From assembly GCA_937958695.1 (NCBI GenBank), contig CALGNK010000017.1:8225-72224 (forward strand): a DNA stretch of 64,000 nt. The letters run 5' to 3'. The notes beneath the pieces were generated by a model. That model had not been told where the DNA came from, did not search any database, and worked only from the letters and a program-made list of their open reading frames with translations. The position numbers and the translations under genes were made by a program. Shown in pieces: positions 39,553-49,504 of this stretch; the first letter of the stretch is position 1; each line of letters begins with the position of its first letter. Origin of the DNA: an uncultured bacterium (GTDB lineage: Bacteria; DUMJ01).

Positions 39553-40869
39553 ATGAAACGTCTATTAATTTTCACACTAGTAGTTTTACTTTTTATGCCA
39601 GTTACTTTTAGTTATACAGAAGAGGTCAGTATAGAGGATATTGCTAAAGACTTTATAGACTTATTAGCTCATGAGAAATTTGCTGAGGCCGTTAAGTTAT
39701 TTACGGGAAAGTTAACTAAAGATCTTCCTGAAAACGCATTAGCATCTATATGGAAAAGCCTAACAGCTACTCTAGGCAAATTTAATAATATCATAGATAT
39801 TAAAACTCCTGAAATACAGTTCTATAAGATAGTTATATTAACATGTGACTTCGAACTAGGAACTTTGAAATTACAAATATCATTTGATGGATCAAAGATG
39901 GCAGGATTATATTTCTCAAAACCGCAGTTAAAAGCTGTTTATATGTTACCTTCATATATAGTCCCTGATAGTTATACAGAAGTAGAACTTACTATCCAGT
40001 CTAATGGGTGGAGCTTGCCAGCAACCTTAACCCTACCTAGAGCAGATAGACCCTGTCCTGTGGTGGTTCTGGTTCATGGCTCTGGTCCTCAAGATAGAGA
40101 CGAAACAATAGGCCCTAATAAGCCATTCAAAGACATAGCTTTAGGTTTAGCCTCTAGAGGAATAGCTGTCTTAAGATATGAAAAGAGGACTAGAAAGTAT
40201 GGAGATAAGGCTCTTGTAAAAGGCTTTACCGTAAACGAGGAAACAATAGAAGATACTCTTAGCGCAATAAATTTACTCTACCAAAGAGATGATATAGATA
40301 AAGATAAGATATTTCTTCTAGGACACAGTTTAGGAGGTATGTTAGCTCCTAGAATAGCAGAGAAAACAGATAAATTAAGAGGTATAGTTATAATGGCAGG
40401 AACATTTAATGACCTTTTGGAACTTATATTAAAACAGATAATTTACTCTGCATCTTTGGATAATGATATTACCGAAGAGGAAAAGGGTCAGATAGAAGAC
40501 ATAAAAAGGCAGATAGACTTAATAAGATCTAGAAAAGTAGGAGAAGATGAATGTATCTTAGGAGCTCCAGGTTCTTACTGGATGGATTTAATAGAATATA
40601 AGCCTTTGGTAATTCTTAAGAAGATAGATGTACCGGTTCTAATTCTTTATGGAGATAGAGATTTTCAGGTCCCAATCGATGATTTTTCTCTATGGAAAGA
40701 AGAACTGAAGGATAAAGATCAGATATCATTTAAGCTTTACAAAGGGTTAAATCATCTCTTTATATTTGGTGAAGGTAAATCAACTATAGCAGAATATAAC
40801 AAATCTGGAAATGTATCTAAAGAGGTAATTGAAGATATAGCTAACTGGATTTTGTCTATTCAGTCTTAA
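39553..40869 (+). CDS. Secreted alpha/beta hydrolase with N-terminal DUF3887-like domain
   Basis: Signal peptide, VHGSGPQDRDE, GHSLGG, GDRDFQV, LNH; start likely ATG 39553 after GGAGG. Confidence 0.8.
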   Translation: MKRLLIFTLVVLLFMPVTFSYTEEVSIEDIAKDFIDLLAHEKFAEAVKLFTGKLTKDLPENALASIWKSLTATLGKFNNIIDIKTPEIQFYKIVILTCDFELGTLKLQISFDGSKMAGLYFSKPQLKAVYMLPSYIVPDSYTEVELTIQSNGWSLPATLTLPRADRPCPVVVLVHGSGPQDRDETIGPNKPFKDIALGLASRGIAVLRYEKRTRKYGDKALVKGFTVNEETIEDTLSAINLLYQRDDIDKDKIFLLGHSLGGMLAPRIAEKTDKLRGIVIMAGTFNDLLELILKQIIYSASLDNDITEEEKGQIEDIKRQIDLIRSRKVGEDECILGAPGSYWMDLIEYKPLVILKKIDVPVLILYGDRDFQVPIDDFSLWKEELKDKDQISFKLYKGLNHLFIFGEGKSTIAEYNKSGNVSKEVIEDIANWILSIQS

Positions 40870-41917
40870 ATATTCTACTTCCAAATATAAAAACAAGCGT
40901 AAGGAAGGCAAAAACCATTGCTAGGGATACATTTAAGACAGAAGATATAGCCCCACTTTCCACACTAGTTGATATTCTTATACTTTTAGCAACATAACCA
41001 AGGGGAAGGAAACCACCAATCGTTCTTAGATATTTGGGCAGAAAATCCAGGGGGAAATAAACCCCAGAAAAGAAAATCATAATTGTCATAAGTAAAGACC
41101 CTATATTTGATGCTACTTCTGGTTCAGTAAATAAAATGCTTATTAAGATTCCAAAAGCCATCATCCCTAAGATGCTACTACTAGCGGTGATAAGGTACAG
41201 AGACCAGTTTATATCAAATCGAATATTAAATATCATTTGGGAAAATATTAGAACCGCGGTAGCAGAAAAGAGTGTAACAATAAATCTCCCTGATATCATC
41301 CCAATGATAAATTGGTATTCTCTTATAGGTGTAACATTAAATCTTTTTATCATGCCTCTTTTTTTATAGTATGAGAAGATTGAGAGCATAGAAAATAGAG
41401 CCCCATTAAAAATGGAAATAGCAACTACTCCAGGTATCATATAACCTAATCCGGTAGTAGATACCTCTCCAGGGTCGATAGTATTTAGATTCAGATCTAT
41501 CACTTTATCAATCTTTACACTACTCTTTGCAAGACGATCTGCTATGGTTTCTCCCAATGTTCTGCTAAAAGGATTCCTTTGCATAACAGCAAGGTTTAAA
41601 ATAAGCTTTACTTTATTATCCTCGTAGAGTAAGCCCGCATCTAACTTACCACTAAGTATATTCTGCCTGATATCAACAGCATTATCAAATTTCCTAGCTT
41701 CTAGATTTTCTATACTACTTATAATTTTATGAGGTTCTTCATCAGAGGACAAAACTCCTATTAGTAGTTTATTATCTCCTCCTGATGACCCAGTGCCAAA
41801 GACAAAACCGAATATTATAACAAATATAAAAGGAAACATAAGAGTAAAGAAGAAGGTCATCTTATCTCTATAGAAGATCTTGATTGTGGCAAGAAAGAGC
41901 TTCCATATTATCTTCAT
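40856..41917 (-). CDS. ABC-2 type permease
   Basis: N-terminal TM, soluble domain, YMIPG, FSGVYFP. Confidence 0.85.
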   Translation of the reverse strand: MKIIWKLFLATIKIFYRDKMTFFFTLMFPFIFVIIFGFVFGTGSSGGDNKLLIGVLSSDEEPHKIISSIENLEARKFDNAVDIRQNILSGKLDAGLLYEDNKVKLILNLAVMQRNPFSRTLGETIADRLAKSSVKIDKVIDLNLNTIDPGEVSTTGLGYMIPGVVAISIFNGALFSMLSIFSYYKKRGMIKRFNVTPIREYQFIIGMISGRFIVTLFSATAVLIFSQMIFNIRFDINWSLYLITASSSILGMMAFGILISILFTEPEVASNIGSLLMTIMIFFSGVYFPLDFLPKYLRTIGGFLPLGYVAKSIRISTSVESGAISSVLNVSLAMVFAFLTLVFIFGSRIFKTE

Positions 41918-43084
41918 TTAGACTTCCTCCAATTTAAATCTTTTAATGGTGAACAACAAACAGAATATAATCCAGGCCACAGGGACAATAATGGTAATAT
42001 ATAACGGATATGGAGATTTCATAATACCTAAGGCATCTCTTATACCAGAAGCCAAGTATGTAATAGGGTTGATAAGAACAAGCCATCTTATAGCCCAAGG
42101 AACCCCTGAGACAGGAAAGTAAATTCCTCCTAAGAATTGCAGGGGAAAATTCAATATCTGGCTTATAGCGTTGGCGCCAGAAGTAGTTTTAGACACAGCA
42201 GCTAAAAAGAAACCTAGAGAAGAGAGACAAATTATTGTGAGCAATGTATATACTATAAAAGGAAGAGACAATGGATTGACGGTAGTCTTGAATAAAAACT
42301 TTGCTACCAGAGAGATAAGAACTATCTGTAATACAATAAGATAAATTCTAGAGATTACATAGGAGATAATGAGTCTTGACTTAGGAAGAGAGGTTACCAT
42401 TATCCTCTTTAAGATTCCACTCTCTTTCAACCAGGTTAGATGCATTCCTATACCAAATAGTCCTGTCATAAATACAACAAAGATAACTATCCCTGGATAA
42501 ATAAAGTCTATATAGGAAAATGTACTTCTAGTACCAATGACCTCTGTTTCACTTTTAACCTCTTTTAGCTTATATCCAATTCTCTTAATAAATTCAAGCT
42601 CTAATTTCTGCAACACATTCTTTACAGTAAGATACGCAGACTCTGACGAAATGTTATGTTTTAGAGAGTATATATTAATACTAGGAGGAGATGCAGTCAT
42701 CCCTAAGTTCTTTAGCATAAACCAGTTTAACATCTGGGCATCAAATCCCTCTGGAATCTCTACAATAAGATCAGTCTTCTTTTCCTTAAGTCTTTCCATC
42801 TCTCTATCTAGATTTTCTTTAGTGTTCTTTACTATTGAAAGACGAAATATCCTATATCTACCCCCACTAAGATCTTTAAATACTTTCTCTATAATCTCAG
42901 AAAACATCCCCTCTTGGGAGAGAAAAACTAAGTTAAAAGTTACCTCCTTAGGCTCATAAAGTGAGGGAAAGATTAGCATTAATATTACTAGAAGAATAAT
43001 AGGAAATACTAGAAGCCAAAAGAAATCAGATCTATCCCTCGTGGTAGATTTAAAAAAGTAGTTAGCCAACTTTATTGTTCTCAT
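41918..43084 (-). CDS. ABC-2 type permease
   Basis: YIDFIYPG, GILKR, FLGGIYFP, INPITY. Confidence 0.85.
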   Translation of the reverse strand: MRTIKLANYFFKSTTRDRSDFFWLLVFPIILLVILMLIFPSLYEPKEVTFNLVFLSQEGMFSEIIEKVFKDLSGGRYRIFRLSIVKNTKENLDREMERLKEKKTDLIVEIPEGFDAQMLNWFMLKNLGMTASPPSINIYSLKHNISSESAYLTVKNVLQKLELEFIKRIGYKLKEVKSETEVIGTRSTFSYIDFIYPGIVIFVVFMTGLFGIGMHLTWLKESGILKRIMVTSLPKSRLIISYVISRIYLIVLQIVLISLVAKFLFKTTVNPLSLPFIVYTLLTIICLSSLGFFLAAVSKTTSGANAISQILNFPLQFLGGIYFPVSGVPWAIRWLVLINPITYLASGIRDALGIMKSPYPLYITIIVPVAWIIFCLLFTIKRFKLEEV

Positions 43085-44010
43085 TACTCTTCCCTTAAAG
43101 TTCTACCTGTAAGTGAAAGAAAAACATCTTCTAGGTTTGGCTGTCTTATTACTAAATCTTTTATCTGGAGGGAATTTTCTTTAGACAGTCTTAATAAGAG
43201 ATCTATGGTAGAGAGTATATCATCAGTCTTTAATATTAGCCTTTTATGTTTGGTATCGTAAACAAAATCTAAATTAGTAGATTTTAGTCTTTCTAATATA
43301 GATGAATTAGCATCAACTTCTGCCTCTATAAGGCTTTCCTTCGCTAGACTTTTGATTAGGCTTTTAGGATCTCCTTCTTTTATTATTTTCCCGTAGTCCA
43401 TTATACAAACCCAGTCTGAGAGGAATTCTGCCTCCTCCATATAGTGAGTTGTGAGGACTATAGTCTTACCCCTCTTCTTTAGCTCAAGAAGTATATCCCA
43501 AGTATTTCTACGAGCTTGTGGGTCAAGCCCTGTTGTTGGTTCATCTAGAAAGAGTATCAGAGGATCATTAATCATCGCTAATCCTATTACAAGTCTTTGT
43601 CTTTGACCACCAGAGAGATTTTTTATATAAGTATTAGCTTTATCATCTAGAGATATCATCTTTAAGACTTCATCAATATCGAGAGATTTTGAGAAGATGC
43701 TTTTAAACATATCTAACGTCTCTCTGACGGTAAGATAAGGGATAAGATTAGTCTCTTGAAGGGAAACCCCTATGTGCTCCTTCTCTTTATTACCTACCCT
43801 AGATATCTCTCTTCCCATAAAGATAACTTTTCCTTCATCAGGAACCCTTAACCCTTCTATAATTTCTATGGTAGTTGTCTTCCCTGCCCCATTAGGACCT
43901 AAAAGGGTAAATATAGATCCTTGTTTTATTTTAAAACTTACCCCATCGACCGCTTTAACAGGCCCATAGTATTTCTTTAGATTCTCTACTTCAAGAATAA
44001 AATCAGCCAC
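43084..44010 (-). CDS. ABC exporter ATP-binding protein
   Basis: GPNGAGKT, LSGGQ, LDEPT, TTH. Confidence 0.93.
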   Translation of the reverse strand: MADFILEVENLKKYYGPVKAVDGVSFKIKQGSIFTLLGPNGAGKTTTIEIIEGLRVPDEGKVIFMGREISRVGNKEKEHIGVSLQETNLIPYLTVRETLDMFKSIFSKSLDIDEVLKMISLDDKANTYIKNLSGGQRQRLVIGLAMINDPLILFLDEPTTGLDPQARRNTWDILLELKKRGKTIVLTTHYMEEAEFLSDWVCIMDYGKIIKEGDPKSLIKSLAKESLIEAEVDANSSILERLKSTNLDFVYDTKHKRLILKTDDILSTIDLLLRLSKENSLQIKDLVIRQPNLEDVFLSLTGRTLREE

Positions 44011-44473
44011 TTATTTCCTCTTTGCCCTTTAGGAGATTCTCAACTACTCTCCTTATGACTTCACCATCAGCCTTTCCCTTTAAATCCTTCATTACTTCTT
44101 TCATCACTTTACCAAAATCCTTCATACTGACCGCCCCAATATTTTCGATAATCTTCTCTATGATAGATTTAATTTCATCTTCAGAGAGTTGTTCTGGAAG
44201 ATATTCTTGAAGAATTTTTAACTCCAAAGATTCTTTCTCTACAAGTTCTTGTCTTTGTCCCTGCTTATATAGTTCTATAGACTCTTTTCTCTTCTTTATC
44301 TCTTGCTTTATCAAATCTATAATATCACTATCCTCTAAGGTTTTACCTTTACTTTTGGCTTCTATCTCTTTATATTTTATGTTTGACTTGAGTAGATTTA
44401 AGACACTCTCCCTTAAGATATAATGATTCTTTTTTGCTTCGATGTAATCTTTATTTATCTTTTCTAAAAGCAT
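44003..44473 (-). CDS. GatB/YqeY domain protein
   Basis: KKRKESIELY, YLPEQLS, KDFGKVM, GKADG. Confidence 0.9.
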   Translation of the reverse strand: MLLEKINKDYIEAKKNHYILRESVLNLLKSNIKYKEIEAKSKGKTLEDSDIIDLIKQEIKKRKESIELYKQGQRQELVEKESLELKILQEYLPEQLSEDEIKSIIEKIIENIGAVSMKDFGKVMKEVMKDLKGKADGEVIRRVVENLLKGKEEISG

Positions 44474-44510
44474 AAGAATCCTCCTATTATCTTTAAGTTC
44501 TACCTACATT

Positions 44511-44539
44511 ATTATAAAGAGTTTCAGTAAAAAATGCAA
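44511..44539 (-). promoter_or_regulatory. Sigma70-type promoter for yqeY-ABC operon
   Basis: TTGCAT-N17-TATAAT on minus strand. Confidence 0.6.
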
Positions 44540-44548
44540 CTTAATGTT

Positions 44549-45865
44549 CTACCTTACTCCTATACCCTCATATATAAAACCGTAACTTTTGAACCGTTTA
44601 GAGTCTAGGACATTTACTCCATCTAAGATTATGGGATTTTTCATTAAAGACCTTAATCTCTCTAAGTCGATCTCTTTAAATTCTTCCCAAGCGGTTAAAA
44701 TAATTAATGCATCAACGTTTTCTGTAGTCTCATATATATCATTATAGAGATTAATACCATCCAAATATTTTTTAGCCTCTTCAATTCCCTTAGGGTCATA
44801 AGCCTTTATATTCGCCCCGTTTTCTCTGAGTTTTCTAATGATTTCTATAGCCAAAGAATTTCTGACATCATTTGTATTTGGCTTAAACGTTAAACCTAAT
44901 ACCCCAATATCTCTATCTTTTATCGAGTCCCCTAGTAATCTTCTTAATTTATTTAAAACATATTCTGTCTGCTGTTTATTCTTTTCCAAAATAGATCTAA
45001 GATAGTTAGCCTTATATCCATATTTTTCTGCCATTTTTATAAAACCAATTAAGTCTTTAATAAGACAGGGCCCTCCAAATCCTATACCTGGAGAAAAATA
45101 ATCACCACCTATTCTCTTATCATACTTCATTCCTTCTATAACTTCTTTTACATTAGCACCTACATGGTCACATATATTAGCTATCTCATTTATAAAAGAA
45201 ATCCTAGCAGCCAAAAAGGCATTGGAGGCATATTTAATGAGTTGGGCGGTCACTGGACTAGTATGAACAATAGGAGCATTAAGAGGTAAAAAGATCTCTG
45301 CCAAAATTTTATCTACTTTCTCTTTATCAGCACCAATAACGATACGTGTGGGATTAAAGAAATCATACACCGCTCTACCCTCTCTTAAAAATTCTGGAAC
45401 CACAGCCAAGTCGTAATCTTCTCCCCTTATTCTCCCTTCCCTTTTTAAGATATCTTCCATAAGTTCCAAGGTCCCTATAGGGATAGTGCTCTTGATAGCT
45501 ATTATTTTATATCTATCCAGTGACTTTCCTATATCTTCCGTTGCTGACTCTACCTGTGAAAGGTCGACCTCTCCGTTTTCCTCTGATGGAGTACCAACAC
45601 ATAAAAAGATAATATCACTGGACTTTACCGCTAAAGCTATATCTATAGTAAAGTAAATCCTGCTAAGTCTCCTATTCTTATTTATAAGTTCGGATAGCCC
45701 ATCTTCGTATATTGGTACATACCCATTGTTTAAGCTATCTATCTTATCTCTGTCCACATCAGCACATATTACTTCATTACCCAATTCAGCTAGCCCAGCT
45801 CCGGTAGCCAAACCTACAAATCCTGTCCCTATAATAGATATTTTATATCTTTTCCCTGTCATCAC
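44549..45865 (-). CDS. ugd: UDP-glucose/GDP-mannose dehydrogenase family protein
   Basis: GTGFVG, CVGTP, KST, PEFLREG, KYASN, GFGGPCLIKD, FKPNTNDVR. Confidence 0.88.
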   Translation of the reverse strand: MMTGKRYKISIIGTGFVGLATGAGLAELGNEVICADVDRDKIDSLNNGYVPIYEDGLSELINKNRRLSRIYFTIDIALAVKSSDIIFLCVGTPSEENGEVDLSQVESATEDIGKSLDRYKIIAIKSTIPIGTLELMEDILKREGRIRGEDYDLAVVPEFLREGRAVYDFFNPTRIVIGADKEKVDKILAEIFLPLNAPIVHTSPVTAQLIKYASNAFLAARISFINEIANICDHVGANVKEVIEGMKYDKRIGGDYFSPGIGFGGPCLIKDLIGFIKMAEKYGYKANYLRSILEKNKQQTEYVLNKLRRLLGDSIKDRDIGVLGLTFKPNTNDVRNSLAIEIIRKLRENGANIKAYDPKGIEEAKKYLDGINLYNDIYETTENVDALIILTAWEEFKEIDLERLRSLMKNPIILDGVNVLDSKRFKSYGFIYEGIGVR

Positions 45866-45992
45866 TCAGTCTCCTTCTAAATTTATCATATAGCTCTCTA
45901 TAGTAGATCTATAGTTAATGACTGTATAATTATACAAAAAGTTCGACATTAGGGACAGTCCATAAAATGGAAAGTAACTAAAGCTTATATCT

Positions 45993-46616
45993 CTACCCCA
46001 AGAATTCTCTAACCATTCTTTTTAACTCTTCAGTGGCAGATTTTACATCCTCTTTAGAAACAACAGCTGATATAACTGCTATACCTTTTATTCCTGTTTT
46101 CATAACATCTCCAACATTATCTCTATTAATACCACCTATAGCAATTACAGGAAGAGAAGAGACTTTAACTATATCTTTTAACCCTTCTAAGCCTATAATT
46201 TTCACATCCTCTTTACTTGATGTCTCAAATATACTTTGAGCACTTATGTAATCTGCCCCTTCTTTCTCTGCCAACACAGCCTCTTCTGGAGAGGTAACAG
46301 AAGCTCCAATAATAAAATTATTGCCTGCTATCCTACGAGCTACAGATATAGGAAGGTCGTTCATCCCTAAATGTACCCCATCTGCTCCTACTGCTAGAGC
46401 TATGTCTAGTCTGTCATTTACTATAAAGAGAGCCTCATACTTCTTGGTAATCTCTCTCAGTTTTACTCCTATCCTATAGATCTCTCTTCCGCTTTTCTCT
46501 TTGTCTCTAAGCTGAATAACAGTAGCTCCACCTTTTAATGCCTCTTCTGCTAGAAAGAGATGACTTCTTCCCAGACCTATCTTTTCATCTGTAATAACAT
46601 AAAGACTTAAGTCCAT
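45993..46616 (-). CDS. thiE: Thiamine-phosphate synthase
   Basis: LYVITD, QLRDK, IVNDR, GVHLG.ND, T.SK, AIGGI. Confidence 0.94.
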   Translation of the reverse strand: MDLSLYVITDEKIGLGRSHLFLAEEALKGGATVIQLRDKEKSGREIYRIGVKLREITKKYEALFIVNDRLDIALAVGADGVHLGMNDLPISVARRIAGNNFIIGASVTSPEEAVLAEKEGADYISAQSIFETSSKEDVKIIGLEGLKDIVKVSSLPVIAIGGINRDNVGDVMKTGIKGIAVISAVVSKEDVKSATEELKRMVREFLG

Positions 46617-47431
46617 AATTTCACATTCCCTTCTTTCATTATATCTTCACCGCTTATTAAAGACAATTCATCAAATAAATGTAATCTAAAACTTCCTGGA
46701 CCTCTGGCATTTTCTTCTGCTCTTTTAGCAGAGAGTTTAAAAGCTATTAGACCAGATATAGATGCTATCAACGGATCTTCTTTTATACCTAATACAGCAG
46801 ATATTACAGAGCCAGCTATACAGCCGGAACCGGTGATATTTCTTAACATATTGCTACCTCCTCTTACTGAAAATACCTCTTCCCCGTTCGAAATAAAATC
46901 CTCCTCTCCTGTAGCTATAACTATAGTATTAAACCTATTTGCTAATGTCTTTACTATCTCTTTAAGATCCAAGCTAGTATTACCTACAGCATCTACCCCT
47001 CTAATCATTCCTGAATTTCCTGCTAAAGCCATTATTTCTCCACTATTACCCTTAATAACAGATACTTTATATTCTCTTAATAAGGTATCTACTACATAAT
47101 TCCTATAAGGAGTAGCCCCATATCCAACCGGGTCTAATAAAATTGGTATATTCTTCTTATTTGCCATTTCCATTGCTTTCTCCATAGCAGAGAAGATTTC
47201 AGACGATGGGATCCCTATATTTATAAGAAGGGCGTCTGCTATAGAACACATATCCCCAGATTCCTCAGGGTATAAAGCCATAACAGGACTTGCACCAATA
47301 GCTAAAGTAGCATGCGCCTGTTCAGGCATGGCAACAAAATTAGTAATATGATGGACTAAGGGCCTAGTCTCTTTCATCTTATCCCAAAATCTCTGTCCTT
47401 CCTTAAGTATAAATCTTATTCTCTCTTCCAT
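46607..47431 (-). CDS. thiM: Hydroxyethylthiazole kinase
   Basis: PLVHHITNFV, GASPVM, LDPVG, KGNSGE, ITGSGC. Confidence 0.93.
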   Translation of the reverse strand: MEERIRFILKEGQRFWDKMKETRPLVHHITNFVAMPEQAHATLAIGASPVMALYPEESGDMCSIADALLINIGIPSSEIFSAMEKAMEMANKKNIPILLDPVGYGATPYRNYVVDTLLREYKVSVIKGNSGEIMALAGNSGMIRGVDAVGNTSLDLKEIVKTLANRFNTIVIATGEEDFISNGEEVFSVRGGSNMLRNITGSGCIAGSVISAVLGIKEDPLIASISGLIAFKLSAKRAEENARGPGSFRLHLFDELSLISGEDIMKEGNVKLWT

Positions 47432-48171
47432 CTTTTCATCACCTCCAAAAATGAATAATCTGTTTCATCAACATTTAAAGGTGTTATAGCTATATAATTT
47501 TCTCTTAATACCGAATCTTCCGTTTCTTTTTCTTCTTCTCTTAATGGTACTCCGCCTATCCAGAAATATTTTTTACCGTAAGGGTCAAGGACAGTATGAA
47601 CCCTATCTTTATATCTTCTCCTGCCCAGTTTTACAAATTTTATTCCTTTTATCTCTTCTATAGGGACATTTGGGACATTAATATTTAAAAAGACCCCTGT
47701 AGGAAGAGGATTATTCCTAATATAATCTACAATTTTTCTTGTTACCTTGACCGCTCCTTCGTAGAAGTAACCTCTATCTCCATACTCTAAAGAGATTCCT
47801 ATAGAAGGAATTCCTGAAAATGTTGCCTCTCTACAAGCTCCAATTGTCCCAGAAAATCTTATATCATCTCCTACGTTAGGTTCATCGTTTATTCCAGAAA
47901 TAACTATGTCTAGATCCTTAACTAACATGTCTATTGCAAGGATAACACAGTCTGCTGGAGTTCCAAATACTGAAAAAGCCTTTTTTTCACCCAAAGAAAG
48001 GCTAACCTCTTCAACCCTTAAAGGCTTATCAAATGTTACCCCTCCACCTACCCCAACTAGTCTATAGTGTGGTGCTACAACATAAACCTCATCCGTCTTT
48101 GAGAATTCTACAATAAGCTCTCTAATTCCCCTTGCAGATATACCATCATCGTTTGTAATAAGGATTCTCAT
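47416..48171 (-). CDS. surE: SurE-family phosphatase, divergent
   Basis: ILITNDDG, VVAP, GTPADCV, SGIN, SGT, LNINVP, ITPL. Confidence 0.88.
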   Translation of the reverse strand: MRILITNDDGISARGIRELIVEFSKTDEVYVVAPHYRLVGVGGGVTFDKPLRVEEVSLSLGEKKAFSVFGTPADCVILAIDMLVKDLDIVISGINDEPNVGDDIRFSGTIGACREATFSGIPSIGISLEYGDRGYFYEGAVKVTRKIVDYIRNNPLPTGVFLNINVPNVPIEEIKGIKFVKLGRRRYKDRVHTVLDPYGKKYFWIGGVPLREEEKETEDSVLRENYIAITPLNVDETDYSFLEVMKRWKRE

Positions 48172-48968
48172 ACAATACCTCTTATATTATGATATAAGGG
48201 GCCAAAGCCCCTTCCTATGTTATTAGGAGCTTCCCTTATAGCTATAGTTATATACTGCTTAGCCTTTTTAACTGCGTTGTAAAGATCTTCTCCTATAGCT
48301 AAACATGCTGTTATAGAAGAGGAAAAGGTGCATCCTGTTCCATGAGTATTCTTTGAGGGTATTCTTTCCTCTTTAAAAAGATAGAACTCTACTCCATCGT
48401 ACAGGACATCGGTACTTACACCTTCTTCTAAATGTCCTCCTTTTATAAGCACATTTCTTGCCCCCATCTCCTTTATCTCTCTTGCAGAAATCTTCATATC
48501 CTCGACACTTTCTATCTTTACACCACTAATTACCTCTGCTTCCGGTATATTAGGAGTTATAAGAAAGGCAAGCGGGATAATTAACTCTATAAATCTTTTC
48601 TCTGCAGACTCCTTTAAAAGTCTAGCTTTACTCTTAGAAACCATAACTGGATCTACAACAATCTTTTCTACCTTATAAAAACTTAATCTATCTACAACTG
48701 TTTCTATTATTTCTTCATTGGATAGCATACCAGTCTTAACAGCATCTACTCCGATATCTTCAAAGATAGAGTCTATCTGTAGGGCTATTATCTCCTTTGG
48801 AAGGTCATAAATAGCTTTGACTTCTAGAGTATTCTGGGCTGTGATAGAAGTAATAACTGACATACCATAGACATCAAAAGCCTGAAATGTTTTTAAATCC
48901 GCCTGAATACCAGCTCCTCCGCTTGAGTCTGAACCGGCAATAGTTAAAGCCTTACCTTTATAATTCAT
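48168..48968 (-). CDS. thiD: Hydroxymethylpyrimidine/phosphomethylpyrimidine kinase
   Basis: IAGSDSSGGAGIQADLK, KTGML, DPVM, TPN, KGGH, THGTGC. Confidence 0.95.
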   Translation of the reverse strand: MNYKGKALTIAGSDSSGGAGIQADLKTFQAFDVYGMSVITSITAQNTLEVKAIYDLPKEIIALQIDSIFEDIGVDAVKTGMLSNEEIIETVVDRLSFYKVEKIVVDPVMVSKSKARLLKESAEKRFIELIIPLAFLITPNIPEAEVISGVKIESVEDMKISAREIKEMGARNVLIKGGHLEEGVSTDVLYDGVEFYLFKEERIPSKNTHGTGCTFSSSITACLAIGEDLYNAVKKAKQYITIAIREAPNNIGRGFGPLYHNIRGIV

Positions 48969-48971
48969 AAC

Positions 48972-49075
48972 ATCACTCCCTTCGCTAGTATTACCTAGAT
49001 CAGGTTCAACGGGTTGGAATCCTAAGATTCCTCTCAGCCTAATCGCAAAAAACTTGCTTTCAGCACCCCGGTGAT
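48972..49075 (-). ncRNA. TPP riboswitch
   Basis: Minus strand: ATCAC-CGGGGTGC...GCTGAGA-GGAATC/GATTCC-AACCC...ACCTGATCTAGGTAATACTAGCGAAGGGA-GTGAT, directly upstream of thiD. Confidence 0.95.
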
Positions 49076-49090
49076 CCTTATCTTAAGAAT

Positions 49091-49119
49091 ATTATAAGAC
49101 TTAGGATATACTAAGTCAA
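49091..49119 (-). promoter_or_regulatory. Promoter of thi operon
   Basis: TTGACT-N17-TATAAT about 15 nt upstream of the riboswitch. Confidence 0.75.
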
Positions 49120-49209
49120 GCGATTTGCAAGCAAATTGTTTAATATATTGATATCTGTAGTAGAATAAAAGAGGCATATTAGACATTAAGAATTAGGAGG
49201 ATATAGTTT

Positions 49210-49497
49210 ATGAGTATAACGAGAGAAGTACTTGCATATGGTGGAAATCTTATGCTTACCAGAAACACTTTTACTACAAAGGGAACAAAGGCAGATACTC
49301 ATACTCATTATCATGAGCAGATAAGCTATATATTATCTGGTAGTTTTAAGTTTATATTAGATAAAGAGGAAAGAATATTAAACTTTGGTGATAGTCTTTA
49401 TATACCAGCCAATATGCCTCATAGTGCGGAGGCGCTAGAGGATAATTCTATTGTTTTAGACGTCTTTACACCGCAGAGAGAAGATTTCTTAAGATAA
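49210..49497 (+). CDS. Cupin domain protein (KdgF-like)
   Basis: HTHYHEQISYILSG, GDSLYIPAN.PH, LDVFTPQREDFL. Confidence 0.8.
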   Translation: MSITREVLAYGGNLMLTRNTFTTKGTKADTHTHYHEQISYILSGSFKFILDKEERILNFGDSLYIPANMPHSAEALEDNSIVLDVFTPQREDFLR

Positions 49498-49504
49498 GGA
49501 GGGT

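Noticed and set aside
40856-44010. ABC-2 exporter as part of a bacteriocin or RiPP cluster
   Set aside because: No precursor peptide, modification enzyme or regulator nearby
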